Positions 1-9,304 of a stretch of DNA of 64,000 bases are shown here, piece by piece. The DNA comes from a virus. The notes beneath the pieces are model-generated. The model made no database searches. It saw only the letters and a list, made by a program, of their open reading frames with translations, and was not told where the DNA came from. The translations under genes and the position numbers were made by a program. Each line of letters begins with the position of its first letter. Position 1 is the stretch's first letter. Location: IMG/VR virus record IMGVR_UViG_3300020185_000011; one strand, given 5' to 3'.

Positions 1-273
1 TATCTAAATGACAATTATAACGGTGGACAGACCTATTTTCCACCCAGTGAGACCTTCCCAGTTGGCCATGAGCATCCCCCACAGGCCGGTGAGGGACTTC
101 TTTTTCAAGGACTATACCTTGAACATGGGGTTTATCCAGTAAGAAGAGGCCCAAGACACACCATATCCATGTGGTTTACAGACATCGAAGATAAGATTAT
201 CATCGATACACCCATCAATCTAGACCAAAACCAACACCAAATCCAAAGAGAAAACTCCTACATCCCCCGCTAA
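1..273 (+). CDS. 2OG-Fe(II) oxygenase, C-terminal part (truncated by window edge)
   Basis: Manual frame-1 translation YLNDNYNGGQTYF...GLLFQGLYLEHGVYPVRRGPRHTISMWF, stop TAA 271-273; typical prolyl-hydroxylase-like C-terminal motifs. Confidence 0.8.
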   Translation, partial: YLNDNYNGGQTYFPPSETFPVGHEHPPQAGEGLLFQGLYLEHGVYPVRRGPRHTISMWFTDIEDKIIIDTPINLDQNQHQIQRENSYIPR

Positions 274-280
274 TCGTGCC

Positions 281-310
281 TTGACAATGCCCTAAGCTTT
301 TTGATATACT
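281..310 (+). promoter_or_regulatory. sigma70-type early promoter
   Basis: GCC-TTGACA (281-286), 18 nt, TGA-TATACT (305-310). Confidence 0.8.
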
Positions 311-338
311 ATGTGTATATTATGAAAAAGGATGAGGG

Positions 339-524
339 ATGAAGTACCTAAAAGAGATTACGGACTGGACTGAGTCGAAGTCTACAGTTCCAAACCATAC
401 TTACATAGTCAACGATGCTGGACAACTAGTTGGATACATCAAGACTGGAACCAAAGAAGAAATCATCTTCAAATCTCCAATGAAACAATTCTCTAAATCA
501 AGGAGAAAATTTATTACGCTCTAG
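339..524 (+). CDS. small hypothetical early protein
   Basis: 61-aa ORF directly after a promoter, with GAGGG upstream. Confidence 0.6.
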   Translation: MKYLKEITDWTESKSTVPNHTYIVNDAGQLVGYIKTGTKEEIIFKSPMKQFSKSRRKFITL

Positions 525-527
525 GCC

Positions 528-557
528 TTGACAATGCCATGCAGCTAATGATAGCAT
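528..557 (+). promoter_or_regulatory. sigma70-type early promoter (probably leaderless transcript)
   Basis: GCC-TTGACA 528-533, TAGCAT 552-557, ATG 564 six nt downstream. Confidence 0.65.
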
Positions 558-563
558 ATACTT

Positions 564-2960
564 ATGACTGAGACAAAAAGAAACCAAAAAGACCAACTTG
601 CCAAACTAATGGCAACCGAGAACATTACTATTGTTCATAAACCAATACCAACTGCATACTTCGATGTAAAGAATAGGATACTTGCTTGTCCTACTTTCAA
701 AGATGATATCAGTGACGAACTTTATGACTTGTTCATGGGTCACGAAGTTGGACATGCATTGAATACACCTTACGAGGGACTTCATAATGCATTGACTAAA
801 AACAAAACACTCAAAGGATATCTCAACGTTGTTGAAGATGTCAGAATTGAGAAAGCAATCAAAAACAAATTCCAAGGATTGAGAAAATCTTTCTACACTG
901 CATACAATGAGTTGATGGAAAAAGATTTCTTTGGTCTTAAAGGTAAAGACTTAAACACACTTTCTTGTATTGATAAAATCAACTTGATTACTAAGTGTGG
1001 TTCTAGGGTTCAAATTGAGTTGACCGACCAAGAGCAGAAGTTCTTGGACATGGCAGAAGCCTGTGTCACTTGGGAAGACGTTGAAGTTTGTGCTGAAGAA
1101 ATTTACAACTGGTCAAAAGAAAATGAGACTAGGGATGAGAGTGACGAAGCAATCGTTCCTAAAATGTTTCAACTTGATGATGAAGACCTTGAAGATGAAG
1201 ACATGGAAGGTGAAGATTCAGATGGTGGTGAAGAGTATGAAGATAATTACGAAGATGGTTCTTCAGACGAAGACGATTCAGAAGATGATGAAGACAAACT
1301 TCCCGAAGCACCCGAGTATGGTGAGGGCAACCAAGACATAGAAGGTGACGAAGACGAAGTAGAAGAAGAAGAGAAGTCTGAGAAAAAAACTACTGGAACT
1401 TCTAAAGAAGGTGGTGTTGCAAGTCCCGAAGATTACGATGGTGAAAATGGTGCTAGAGAATCTATCACTGAACACCATGCACATAACAACGAAGAAATGT
1501 TCCTTGAAGATAGCCCTGCTTGGAGAGAGCAAATCAATCTAAGAGATACTTTCAAGAACAACGATATGGATATTATTATTGGTCACAACCAAGTGTTATC
1601 AGACTGGAAAAAATACTTCAACGAGTATGCTAAGAACAACACTTCAAAAGAATTTGAACACAACATGTCAAAAATCCAGTTCACTGCCAAGAAACTTATT
1701 GACAAGAACAAGAAGATTGTTGCTCACATGGTTAAAGAATTCGAAATGAAGCAGACTGCACAAAGAAGTGTTAAAGCTTTCAGTGGTAAAACTGGTAAGT
1801 TGGATATGAACAAACTTGCAAAGTACCAAATCGTTGATGATGTTTTCAAGAGAGTTACTTACTTGCCTGATGGACAGAATCACGGTCTGAATGTTTTACT
1901 TGACTGGAGTGGTTCAATTTCAAACAGTTGTGCTGAGTTACTGGAACAAGCAATTATCCTTTCAGAGTTCTGCAGAAAAGCAAACATCCCTCACAGAGTT
2001 TACCTTTTCTCTGATGCATATCAGAGAGGTGAGTGGAGTTCAATGGGTGACGAAGGTTTCCTAGTTGAATTGTTCTCTAACGAAATGAACAACAAGAAGT
2101 ACAAAGAAATGATGGTGAATGTTGCAGCTCTATGGATGTGTCACTTCCTAGGAAAACTAGGTTGGAGAGGTAGTGAGAAAACTGCAAAGGCTCACAATAC
2201 ATTCTATGACTGGGACAGTGGTTTTGCAATTGACCACATTGACCAACCTTACTTTTGGTTCGATACCGATATCAGACCAATGCAGTATAGACTTGGTGGT
2301 ACACCACTTGACCATTGTTTGATTGCCTTGAGAAAAATACTTCCCGAGTTCAACAGTGCTTACGGAGTTGAGAAGTCAATCTTAACAGTTATCACAGATG
2401 GATTCTCACATGGAAGTCCTTGGTTGAGAAGAGATAGTGATGAAAAGTATGCTTGGTGTAAAGAGCAAGGTATTGACGCTTGGGACGTTCAGACTGTCGA
2501 AGAAATCATTGACCCTTTCTCAAACAAAGTATTTGAATACAGTGGTGCAACAAGCCACAGAGGAAGATATTACAACGCTTCTAATTTCAAGAAGACTCAG
2601 AACTTATTGTCATGGTTGTCTAAGACTTGTAACGTCACTGTGACTGGTTACTTTGTTTTAGACAAGAAGAGAGATATGGGTGACCTTATGGGATTCACTT
2701 CTTTAAAAGATACATGGTGGGATAACGACAGACAAATCTGGGCTGAGATTAGAAAGAATGGATTGGTTGTTGACTGTCACGGCTACAACAAAATGTTTTT
2801 GACTGCAACTTCTTCACTTGGTGTTGATGGTTCAGACGAATTAGATGATGATTTGGTTGATGCCAAAAAGTCAAGAGTGTTGGCTGCTTTCAAAAAGAAT
2901 CAGAAAGCAAAAACAACTTCAAGGTTTTTAACAAATGAGTTTATAAAGGAGATATCATGA
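564..2960 (+). CDS. metallopeptidase-vWA domain protein (CobT-like partner of MoxR AAA ATPase)
   Basis: HEVGH zincin motif, long D/E-rich linker, MIDAS LLDWSGS and ITDG; adjacent to a MoxR/CobS ATPase as in marine T4-like phages. Confidence 0.8.
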   Translation: MTETKRNQKDQLAKLMATENITIVHKPIPTAYFDVKNRILACPTFKDDISDELYDLFMGHEVGHALNTPYEGLHNALTKNKTLKGYLNVVEDVRIEKAIKNKFQGLRKSFYTAYNELMEKDFFGLKGKDLNTLSCIDKINLITKCGSRVQIELTDQEQKFLDMAEACVTWEDVEVCAEEIYNWSKENETRDESDEAIVPKMFQLDDEDLEDEDMEGEDSDGGEEYEDNYEDGSSDEDDSEDDEDKLPEAPEYGEGNQDIEGDEDEVEEEEKSEKKTTGTSKEGGVASPEDYDGENGARESITEHHAHNNEEMFLEDSPAWREQINLRDTFKNNDMDIIIGHNQVLSDWKKYFNEYAKNNTSKEFEHNMSKIQFTAKKLIDKNKKIVAHMVKEFEMKQTAQRSVKAFSGKTGKLDMNKLAKYQIVDDVFKRVTYLPDGQNHGLNVLLDWSGSISNSCAELLEQAIILSEFCRKANIPHRVYLFSDAYQRGEWSSMGDEGFLVELFSNEMNNKKYKEMMVNVAALWMCHFLGKLGWRGSEKTAKAHNTFYDWDSGFAIDHIDQPYFWFDTDIRPMQYRLGGTPLDHCLIALRKILPEFNSAYGVEKSILTVITDGFSHGSPWLRRDSDEKYAWCKEQGIDAWDVQTVEEIIDPFSNKVFEYSGATSHRGRYYNASNFKKTQNLLSWLSKTCNVTVTGYFVLDKKRDMGDLMGFTSLKDTWWDNDRQIWAEIRKNGLVVDCHGYNKMFLTATSSLGVDGSDELDDDLVDAKKSRVLAAFKKNQKAKTTSRFLTNEFIKEIS

Positions 2961-3226
2961 GAGACCCATTAAGAGTAGATGAAGCGTATTACATTAGCCA
3001 CCAAACTGATTATTCAAAGTTTGCAGATGCAGTTATGGATGTTGGGCCTGCCCCATGCACCTTCCACAATTGTTCGAAGATTAATGAATGTAAAACTGAA
3101 GAGAAGGAATGTTTTGCATTTAGGATTTGGGTCAATAAAGGTGAGAACTATCTGACTGAGAAAAACAAGAAGGGTTTAATTAAGTGTGTTGAGAAGATGG
3201 GAACTAGATTCGAGTCGCTGAAATAG
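2957..3226 (+). CDS. hypothetical protein with Cys cluster
   Basis: 89-aa ORF, AGGAG upstream, PC..C..C..C pattern. Confidence 0.6.
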   Translation: MRDPLRVDEAYYISHQTDYSKFADAVMDVGPAPCTFHNCSKINECKTEEKECFAFRIWVNKGENYLTEKNKKGLIKCVEKMGTRFESLK

Positions 3227-3228
3227 CC

Positions 3229-3258
3229 TTGACAGTGCCATCGGCTTTTTGATATACT
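3229..3258 (+). promoter_or_regulatory. sigma70-type early promoter
   Basis: GCC-TTGACA 3229-3234, TGA-TATACT 3253-3258. Confidence 0.8.
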
Positions 3259-3265
3259 ATAAAAG

Positions 3266-4534
3266 ATGAGAAAAGAATTGAAAAACGGAGAGACTATGAT
3301 AAATTCAATTGATATAAACGGTAAGAAATTCTCTTACACACCCGACAGGGCGGAGTTTTTGGGAGAACTCGTTTCTAAATTCCCTAACCAAACGTCCTTT
3401 GGAAGGAAGGAAATCAAAGATGCATTTGATGGATACTTCCCTTCATGGATAAAATCCTCGAAGTATAACTTCAAAGAAGCTCAAGAGACTGGGCCTTTGT
3501 TGTACAATCTTCAGGCTGTAATTACTGGATACAATGGTGGGTACTCTGAGTCAGCACCCCAACCTGCTCCAGCACCAGTCGTTGCAATTACTCCACCGAG
3601 TAATATGCCAGTGGCTGCACAAACAGAGTCAGTTAATCTACTCGATGATGAAGTTAAAATCATTCCCGAGAAGATGTCTAACTATGTTCCTTTTGGACAT
3701 TTCAGAGATGTCAAAAATATTATTAAATCCAAAATCTTCTTTCCAGTATTCGTTACTGGTCTGAGTGGTAATGGTAAAACTCTTATGATTGAACAAACTT
3801 GTGCTCAATTGAAGAGAGAACTTTACAGAGTCAACATCACCATCGAAACCGATGAAGATGATTTGATGGGTGGCCACACTCTTGTTAATGGTAACGTTGT
3901 CTTCAGAGAAGGCCCTGTTATCAAAGCAATGAGAAAAGGTGCTGTCCTTCTTCTTGACGAAGTTGACTTGGGTTCAAACAAGTTGATGTGTCTACAATCA
4001 GTTCTTGAAGGTAAAGGATACCTAATCAAGAAAACTGGTGAGTGGGTTTCACCTAAAGATGGTTTCACAATCCTTGCAACTGCAAACACGAAAGGTCAAG
4101 GGTCAGACGATGGTAAATTCATCGGGACTCAAATCATGAATGAAGCAATGTTGGAAAGATTTGCAATCACGATGCAACAAGAATACCCACCAGTGAAAAC
4201 TGAGAAGTCAATCCTTGCAAAAGAAATGGAATTGACTGGTGCCGTTGATGAAGACTTCGTTGAGAAGCTTGTCGACTGGGCTGACATAATCAGAAAGACA
4301 TACTACGAAGGTGGTATCGATGATGTTGTCACGACTAGAAGGTTGGTTCACATTGTCAATGCATTCAGAATGTTCAATGACAAGTTGAAGTCAATCACAA
4401 TGTGTATTTCAAGATTTGATGAAGAGACTAGGAGTTCAATCCTTGACCTCTACTCCAAGATTGATGCTGGAGTTGACTTGAATGCTGAAGCTGAAGAAAC
4501 TTCAGAAAACCCTGTTGACGAAACAGGGTACTAG
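3266..4534 (+). CDS. cobS: MoxR/CobS-like AAA+ ATPase
   Basis: Walker A GLSGNGKT, Walker B LLLDEVD, ATANTKG, NEAMLERF; alternative start at 3296. Confidence 0.9.
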   Translation: MRKELKNGETMINSIDINGKKFSYTPDRAEFLGELVSKFPNQTSFGRKEIKDAFDGYFPSWIKSSKYNFKEAQETGPLLYNLQAVITGYNGGYSESAPQPAPAPVVAITPPSNMPVAAQTESVNLLDDEVKIIPEKMSNYVPFGHFRDVKNIIKSKIFFPVFVTGLSGNGKTLMIEQTCAQLKRELYRVNITIETDEDDLMGGHTLVNGNVVFREGPVIKAMRKGAVLLLDEVDLGSNKLMCLQSVLEGKGYLIKKTGEWVSPKDGFTILATANTKGQGSDDGKFIGTQIMNEAMLERFAITMQQEYPPVKTEKSILAKEMELTGAVDEDFVEKLVDWADIIRKTYYEGGIDDVVTTRRLVHIVNAFRMFNDKLKSITMCISRFDEETRSSILDLYSKIDAGVDLNAEAEETSENPVDETGY

Positions 4535-4543
4535 GAGTATACT
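4515..4543 (+). promoter_or_regulatory. sigma70-type promoter
   Basis: TTGACG 4515-4520, 17 nt, TATACT 4538-4543, ATG at 4550. Confidence 0.7.
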
Positions 4544-4549
4544 AGTAAC

Positions 4550-4834
4550 ATGTCAGTAAAAATAAACTACAAATACAATGAGAAGGAACTCCTATCGGAG
4601 TTCTCTTCCTACATTGATAAGACATACGGTGAACACTATTCCAAAGATAGATTTCAGGCAACTGAGTTTATCATGGATGGTGGCCACGGTGAAGGATTTT
4701 GTATCGGTAACGTGATGAAATATGCACAACGATACGGCAAGAAGGATGGATATAATCGTGCCGACCTTCTCAAGGTTATCCATTACGGATTCCTTGCATT
4801 GTACAACCACGATACCTATAAGGAGACTAACTAG
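4550..4834 (+). CDS. DUF3310 / T7 gp1.7-like nucleotide kinase family protein
   Basis: HY...GFCIGNVMKYAQRYGKKDG..DLLKVIHY motif. Confidence 0.75.
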   Translation: MSVKINYKYNEKELLSEFSSYIDKTYGEHYSKDRFQATEFIMDGGHGEGFCIGNVMKYAQRYGKKDGYNRADLLKVIHYGFLALYNHDTYKETN

Positions 4835-5505
4835 TGATGAAAATTAGTAATGATACGAAGGATGTTCTAAAGAACTTCTCTACAATCAACTCGGGCATTC
4901 GAGTCAAAACAGGCAATAAACTGGAAACTATTTCCAATATGAAAAACATTCTTGCAGTTGCAACTGTGGCTGAGGACTTTCCTCAAGACTTCAGTATATA
5001 CAACTTGCCAGAGTTCTTAGGTGCAACGTCTTTAATGGACGACCCCGACTTCCAATTCAATGATTCATCATTGTCTGTGGCAGATAACAATTCCTCATTG
5101 TCATATTTCTATGCAGCTGAAGGAATGGTAACTGCACCCGAAAAAATGATAACCATGCCAGAGGCAGAGATTACTTTCAAAGTAACGTCAACTCTATTGA
5201 CCGACCTTAAGAAAGCTGCAGCTGTCCTAGGTGTTAATGATTTGATTCTCAAATCAGATGGTATCACAGTGACATTGATTGTCACAGATAAGAAGAGTCC
5301 TACTTCAAATACATTCTCAAGAATCGTAGAAGCTGAAGCAGATGGAACTTCTTATGAAATGAATTTCAAGATGGAAAATCTTAAGATTCTAGATGGTAAC
5401 TATGATGTTCAAGTATCATCAAAAGGTATATCTCATTTCAATAATGCAGATGTAGACTTAGAGTATTTTATTGCACTGGAGCCAGATAGCAAATACAATG
5501 TATAA
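4834..5505 (+). CDS. gp45: sliding clamp
   Basis: LKNFSTINSGI...FSIYNLPEFL...YFIALE; lies upstream of the clamp loader. Confidence 0.95.
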   Translation: MMKISNDTKDVLKNFSTINSGIRVKTGNKLETISNMKNILAVATVAEDFPQDFSIYNLPEFLGATSLMDDPDFQFNDSSLSVADNNSSLSYFYAAEGMVTAPEKMITMPEAEITFKVTSTLLTDLKKAAAVLGVNDLILKSDGITVTLIVTDKKSPTSNTFSRIVEAEADGTSYEMNFKMENLKILDGNYDVQVSSKGISHFNNADVDLEYFIALEPDSKYNV

Positions 5506-5616
5506 CCTATATAATAGTAGTGTGAATATTGTGCCAGTCTCTGCAATATACGCGGGAGTAGTCCTCACTCATCATTGGGTGGACTGCACTGCAAACTCGG
5601 TGGGGGGTTTGTTCTT

Positions 5617-6555
5617 ATGAATGAGTTTCTCTATGTAGAAAAGTATCGTCCACAAACAATTGAAGAGACGATACTGCCAAAGGAACTTAAAGATACCTTT
5701 AAGGAATTTGTCAAGAATGGAGAAGTACCTAATCTATTATTGTGTGGGTCAGCAGGTGTCGGTAAAACGACAGTTGCAAAAGCATTGTGTAACGAACTCG
5801 GTGCAGACTTTATAGTAATCAATGGTTCCGATGAAGGACGTTTGATTGACACACTCAGAACAAAGATTAAGAACTTTGCATCTTCGGTTTCATTATCGGG
5901 TGGTGCAAAGGTCGTAATCCTAGACGAAGCAGATTACATTTCTGCAGACTCAGTTCAACCAGCTTTGAGAAACTTTATAGAAGAGTTCTCGTCCAACTGT
6001 AGATTTATCTTTACATGTAATTACAAGAATAGGATTATTCCACCATTACATTCTAGAACTACAGTTATCGATTTTGGTATTACACCAAAACTAAAACCAC
6101 AACTTGCACAGCAGATGTTGGATAGATGTATACGAATATGTGTACAAGAAAACATTGAGGCCGATGAAAGAGTTCTTGCAGAACTCATCATGAAATTCTT
6201 CCCCGATTTTCGAAGAGTCCTCAATGAGATTCAACGATACGGTGCAAGTGGTGTTATTGATAGTGGGTTAATTTCAACTCTCTCCGAAGAGAAGTTAACC
6301 CCCTTGATTAATAACATCAAAGAAAAGAATTGGTCAGCCATGAGAAAATGGGTTGGTACTAATTCAGATAATGACTTTAATACATTATTCAGAAAAGTTT
6401 TCAATGCGTTAGAATTACAATTGGAGCCCCAATCAATTCCAGCGTGTGTGTTAATTATTGCAGACTATCAATACAAGTCTGCATTTGCAATGGATTCAGA
6501 GATAAACTTTGTTGCTTGTCTAACTGAAATCATGGGAGAATGTAAGTTCAAATGA
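5617..6555 (+). CDS. gp44: clamp loader large subunit
   Basis: VEKYRP, GSAGVGKTT, ILDEAD, LHSRT, FPDFRR; start taken at ATG 5617. Confidence 0.95.
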   Translation: MNEFLYVEKYRPQTIEETILPKELKDTFKEFVKNGEVPNLLLCGSAGVGKTTVAKALCNELGADFIVINGSDEGRLIDTLRTKIKNFASSVSLSGGAKVVILDEADYISADSVQPALRNFIEEFSSNCRFIFTCNYKNRIIPPLHSRTTVIDFGITPKLKPQLAQQMLDRCIRICVQENIEADERVLAELIMKFFPDFRRVLNEIQRYGASGVIDSGLISTLSEEKLTPLINNIKEKNWSAMRKWVGTNSDNDFNTLFRKVFNALELQLEPQSIPACVLIIADYQYKSAFAMDSEINFVACLTEIMGECKFK

Positions 6556-6812
6556 CAGAACATAACGAGAGAGTAGAACGACAAAGACTATTACTAGAAG
6601 CTGAAGAATGGGCTAGTGGTGTTAAATCCATCCATGCACATTCATTCACTTCAATGTGGTACGACACTAGACGTAATGATGGTTCAGTACTGGACGTTGA
6701 ATACAACAACGGTGTCGTACAAAGAACAATAAAGTCAAGCGGTGAGATTATTTACTTTGGTGAAGCTCTTACTGGTCAAGCACTACTCGACTCTTACATA
6801 AGAAACACTTAA
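6552..6812 (+). CDS. hypothetical protein
   Basis: 86-aa ORF coupled (ATGA) between gp44 and gp62. Confidence 0.65.
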   Translation: MTEHNERVERQRLLLEAEEWASGVKSIHAHSFTSMWYDTRRNDGSVLDVEYNNGVVQRTIKSSGEIIYFGEALTGQALLDSYIRNT

Positions 6813-6813
6813 A

Positions 6814-7206
6814 GTGTCGAAACGTAATCCATTCGATTTTGTTAAATCGGTCTCTTCCGATAAAACTGATATCATGGTTGATGATATCGAAGAGAAAGCA
6901 TATCAACCATTCCTCATAAACAAATCTTTGTCTTACCACCAAGATTCTGTTTTCTTTACTAACGAAATGAATTGTCGCCACGGTCTAGACAACCGTCTTC
7001 AGTATGTGTTTTTCCTAAATACTTTACGAAAACGACAAAGATTTTCTAAGTGGTCTAAACCATATGTTAGTAAAAAACTCGATGTCGTAAAAGAATATTA
7101 TCAGATGTCAACAAGAGAAGCAAAAGAATTGTATACTCTCTTATCTGATAAAGAATTACGTGAGTTGAAGAACAGAATGAATACTGGTGGTAATAACAAT
7201 GGATGA
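6814..7206 (+). CDS. gp62: clamp loader small subunit
   Basis: PFDFVKS...YQPFLINKSLS...NEMN...RKRQRFSKW; synteny. Confidence 0.92.
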   Translation: MSKRNPFDFVKSVSSDKTDIMVDDIEEKAYQPFLINKSLSYHQDSVFFTNEMNCRHGLDNRLQYVFFLNTLRKRQRFSKWSKPYVSKKLDVVKEYYQMSTREAKELYTLLSDKELRELKNRMNTGGNNNG

Positions 7207-7609
7207 TGCACAAGAAAAAATAGTTTCAGAATTAGTCGAAGTAACCTTCCCCGAGAAAGATGATTTCCTAAAGATAAGGGAAACACTATCACGCATAGGT
7301 GTTGCGTCTAGAAGAGAACAGGAACTATTCCAATCTTGTCATATCTTACACAAGCGTGGTCATTACTACATCACTCACTTCAAAGAGTTATTCAAACTCG
7401 ATGGTAAACCTACAAACATAGATGAGTCTGATATTGGTAGAAGAAATACTATCTGTAAGCTTCTAGAACAATGGAAACTCGTTACTTTGGTTGACCCTTC
7501 TAAGATAGTAGAACCATCTGCACCCCTTTCCCAAATCAAAATTATTCCATACAAAGAGAAATCTAACTGGAAATTGACCACAAAATACTCTATTGGTGGG
7601 TCTAAATAG
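7199..7609 (+). CDS. regA: translational repressor RegA
   Basis: DDFLKIRETLSRIGVAS, QSCHILHKRGHYYITHFKELF, WKLTTKYSIG. Confidence 0.95.
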   Translation: MDDAQEKIVSELVEVTFPEKDDFLKIRETLSRIGVASRREQELFQSCHILHKRGHYYITHFKELFKLDGKPTNIDESDIGRRNTICKLLEQWKLVTLVDPSKIVEPSAPLSQIKIIPYKEKSNWKLTTKYSIGGSK

Positions 7610-7645
7610 ATAAATACCTCTGTTAATAACTAACGGAGAAAACAT

Positions 7646-7840
7646 ATGTGGGATTTTATAAGTAGTATTTGGGCATTCATGTCAGCAATACCAGCGATTA
7701 TTTCTATATGTTCAGTCATTGTAATGATGACGGACACACCAAAAGACGATGCTATTTGGGCGAAGTGCTATAAATACATAGAAGTCTGTGCTCTAGCAAT
7801 AGGTAAAGCAAAAGACAAGAACCCATTACTTGATAAGTAA
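7646..7840 (+). CDS. small membrane protein
   Basis: 64 aa, hydrophobic N-half, TDTPKDD motif; GGAG RBS; TAAATA upstream. Confidence 0.65.
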   Translation: MWDFISSIWAFMSAIPAIISICSVIVMMTDTPKDDAIWAKCYKYIEVCALAIGKAKDKNPLLDK

Positions 7841-7859
7841 TTTAATTTAGGAGAACATT

Positions 7860-8108
7860 ATGGACGGAATAGTAATAGTAGCAATACTAGCTGTTGCATT
7901 CGTGTTTTTCGTTGTCAAAGGTAAGAAGAAAAAATCTTCAGTATCTAAGAAGACTACACCATCTAAGCCAAAGGCACCAACGGTTTCAGAGTTAAAAAAA
8001 TTAACTAAGAATCAATTGGTAGAACTTGCAGAAAAGAAAAACCTTAAGGTTAAAAAATCTGGCGCAAAGGCTGCAGTCATCAACGAAATTCGTGAACAAT
8101 TGAAATAA
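7860..8108 (+). CDS. N-terminal TM protein with basic Rho-N/SAP-like C-terminus
   Basis: TM helix, Lys-rich linker, ELKKLTKNQLVELAEK...KAAVINEI. Confidence 0.65.
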   Translation: MDGIVIVAILAVAFVFFVVKGKKKKSSVSKKTTPSKPKAPTVSELKKLTKNQLVELAEKKNLKVKKSGAKAAVINEIREQLK

Positions 8109-8127
8109 CTCTTTACGATGTCTTAAG

Positions 8128-8155
8128 AAGAGACTCGAAAGAGTCTCTTTTTTTT
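8128..8155 (+). terminator. Rho-independent terminator
   Basis: AAGAGACTC-GAAA-GAGTCTCTT followed by a T run. Confidence 0.9.
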
Positions 8156-8178
8156 GGCGTATAAGAAACCTAAAAGAA

Positions 8179-8184
8179 TAAATA
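8179..8184 (+). promoter_or_regulatory. T4-type late promoter heading the curli/cyclase operon
   Basis: ATAAATA, 5 nt, then ATG 8190; directly after the terminator. Confidence 0.65.
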
Positions 8185-8189
8185 ATTGC

Positions 8190-8486
8190 ATGAATGATAT
8201 ATTTGTTTTGATAGGTGAAGTGGGAGCCCCGATTGCAGGGAGCCTTGTGATGGGATTTTTTATCTTCATAGTCATCAAACAAATTTTAGAAGGCGTAGTT
8301 GACGACATTAAGACGTTAACAATGTTTTGCAACTCACTGGAGAACCGTGCAAGAACCATGTCAAATGAAATGATTAAGATTGACATGTTAGTTTCCGCTG
8401 CATTGGAACTCCGTCCCGATATAGAACGTGTAGCACGTGCAGAAAATTTTATTGAAGATGGAAAACTAGATGTGAGACGTGACTAA
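8190..8486 (+). CDS. small membrane protein upstream of csgF
   Basis: GAPIAGSLVMGFFIFIVIK TM followed by coiled coil. Confidence 0.75.
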   Translation: MNDIFVLIGEVGAPIAGSLVMGFFIFIVIKQILEGVVDDIKTLTMFCNSLENRARTMSNEMIKIDMLVSAALELRPDIERVARAENFIEDGKLDVRRD

Positions 8487-8593
8487 TGATAAATGAAATA
8501 GTAATGGTTGAATACAAATTCACTAGGGACTTTGTTCTTATGTGTTCATTAGGTCTCAACGTAGGATTTCTGTTAGGGTTATTGTTCATCTAA
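8486..8593 (+). CDS. 35-aa hydrophobic peptide (not in ORF track)
   Basis: MINEIVMVEYKFTRDFVLMCSLGLNVGFLLGLLFI; TAATG overlaps at both ends. Confidence 0.6.
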   Translation: MINEIVMVEYKFTRDFVLMCSLGLNVGFLLGLLFI

Positions 8594-8862
8594 TGGAAAG
8601 TATTGTAGCAGTAATAAGTGATTACGGATTTCCAATCGTTATGGCAGTTGGGCTAGGTTACTTCATCTATTACATTTGGTGGTTTGTAGGCGAGAAGCTA
8701 GAACCCGAGATTGAAAAACAACACTTTGCGTTAATCAAAGTCATCGACCAAGTAAGAATGTTAGACCAAGATTTGATTCGTCTCCAACAAAAGGTAGACG
8801 TAGTTCTCGAATATAAAGAGAACGCTAAGAAAGAGGCAGCTAAAAATGAGAATAGTAAGTAG
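8593..8862 (+). CDS. small membrane protein, paralog-like of 8190..8486
   Basis: YGFPIVMAVGLGYFIYYIW TM plus IDQVRMLDQDLIRL coiled coil. Confidence 0.75.
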   Translation: MESIVAVISDYGFPIVMAVGLGYFIYYIWWFVGEKLEPEIEKQHFALIKVIDQVRMLDQDLIRLQQKVDVVLEYKENAKKEAAKNENSK

Positions 8863-9304
8863 TATAATTTTAATGATGATGTGTATGTCTGCAAATGCAG
8901 ATGAAATTGTATTTGGATTTAAGAGTCCTAGTTTTAATGGGATAGGACAATCAGCTCATTATCTTACCATTGAAAATCAAGAAAAGTCAAGACGTGACAA
9001 GATAAGACAAGACATTGAAGATGCAATTGCAAAGGCAGATAGAGAAGCACAGAATACAACTCTTGCAAAATTTTTAAGAAATGTTGAGAGCAGAATTTAC
9101 GCTCAACTTGCAAAACAATTAGTAGAGAATATGTTCTCTAACGGTGAGGCTGCAATGTATGGAGTCTTCACTATCGAAGGTAATACGGTTACATATGAAC
9201 AGTTGGTTGGAGAAGATGGTGTGTCATTTATCAGATTGACTATTGTGTCAAGTGATGGAACGACAACAACATTGGATATACCAATAGGCACTGGGAGCTT
9301 TTAA
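8846..9304 (+). CDS. csgF: curli assembly protein CsgF-like
   Basis: Signal peptide then IVFGFKSPSFNG, ENQE; C-terminal TTTTLDIP; directly upstream of csgG. Confidence 0.85.
   Translation: MRIVSSIILMMMCMSANADEIVFGFKSPSFNGIGQSAHYLTIENQEKSRRDKIRQDIEDAIAKADREAQNTTLAKFLRNVESRIYAQLAKQLVENMFSNGEAAMYGVFTIEGNTVTYEQLVGEDGVSFIRLTIVSSDGTTTTLDIPIGTGSF

Noticed and set aside
3266-4534. cobS as evidence of cobalamin biosynthesis
   Set aside because: No cobN or other cob genes; the MoxR/vWA context explains it
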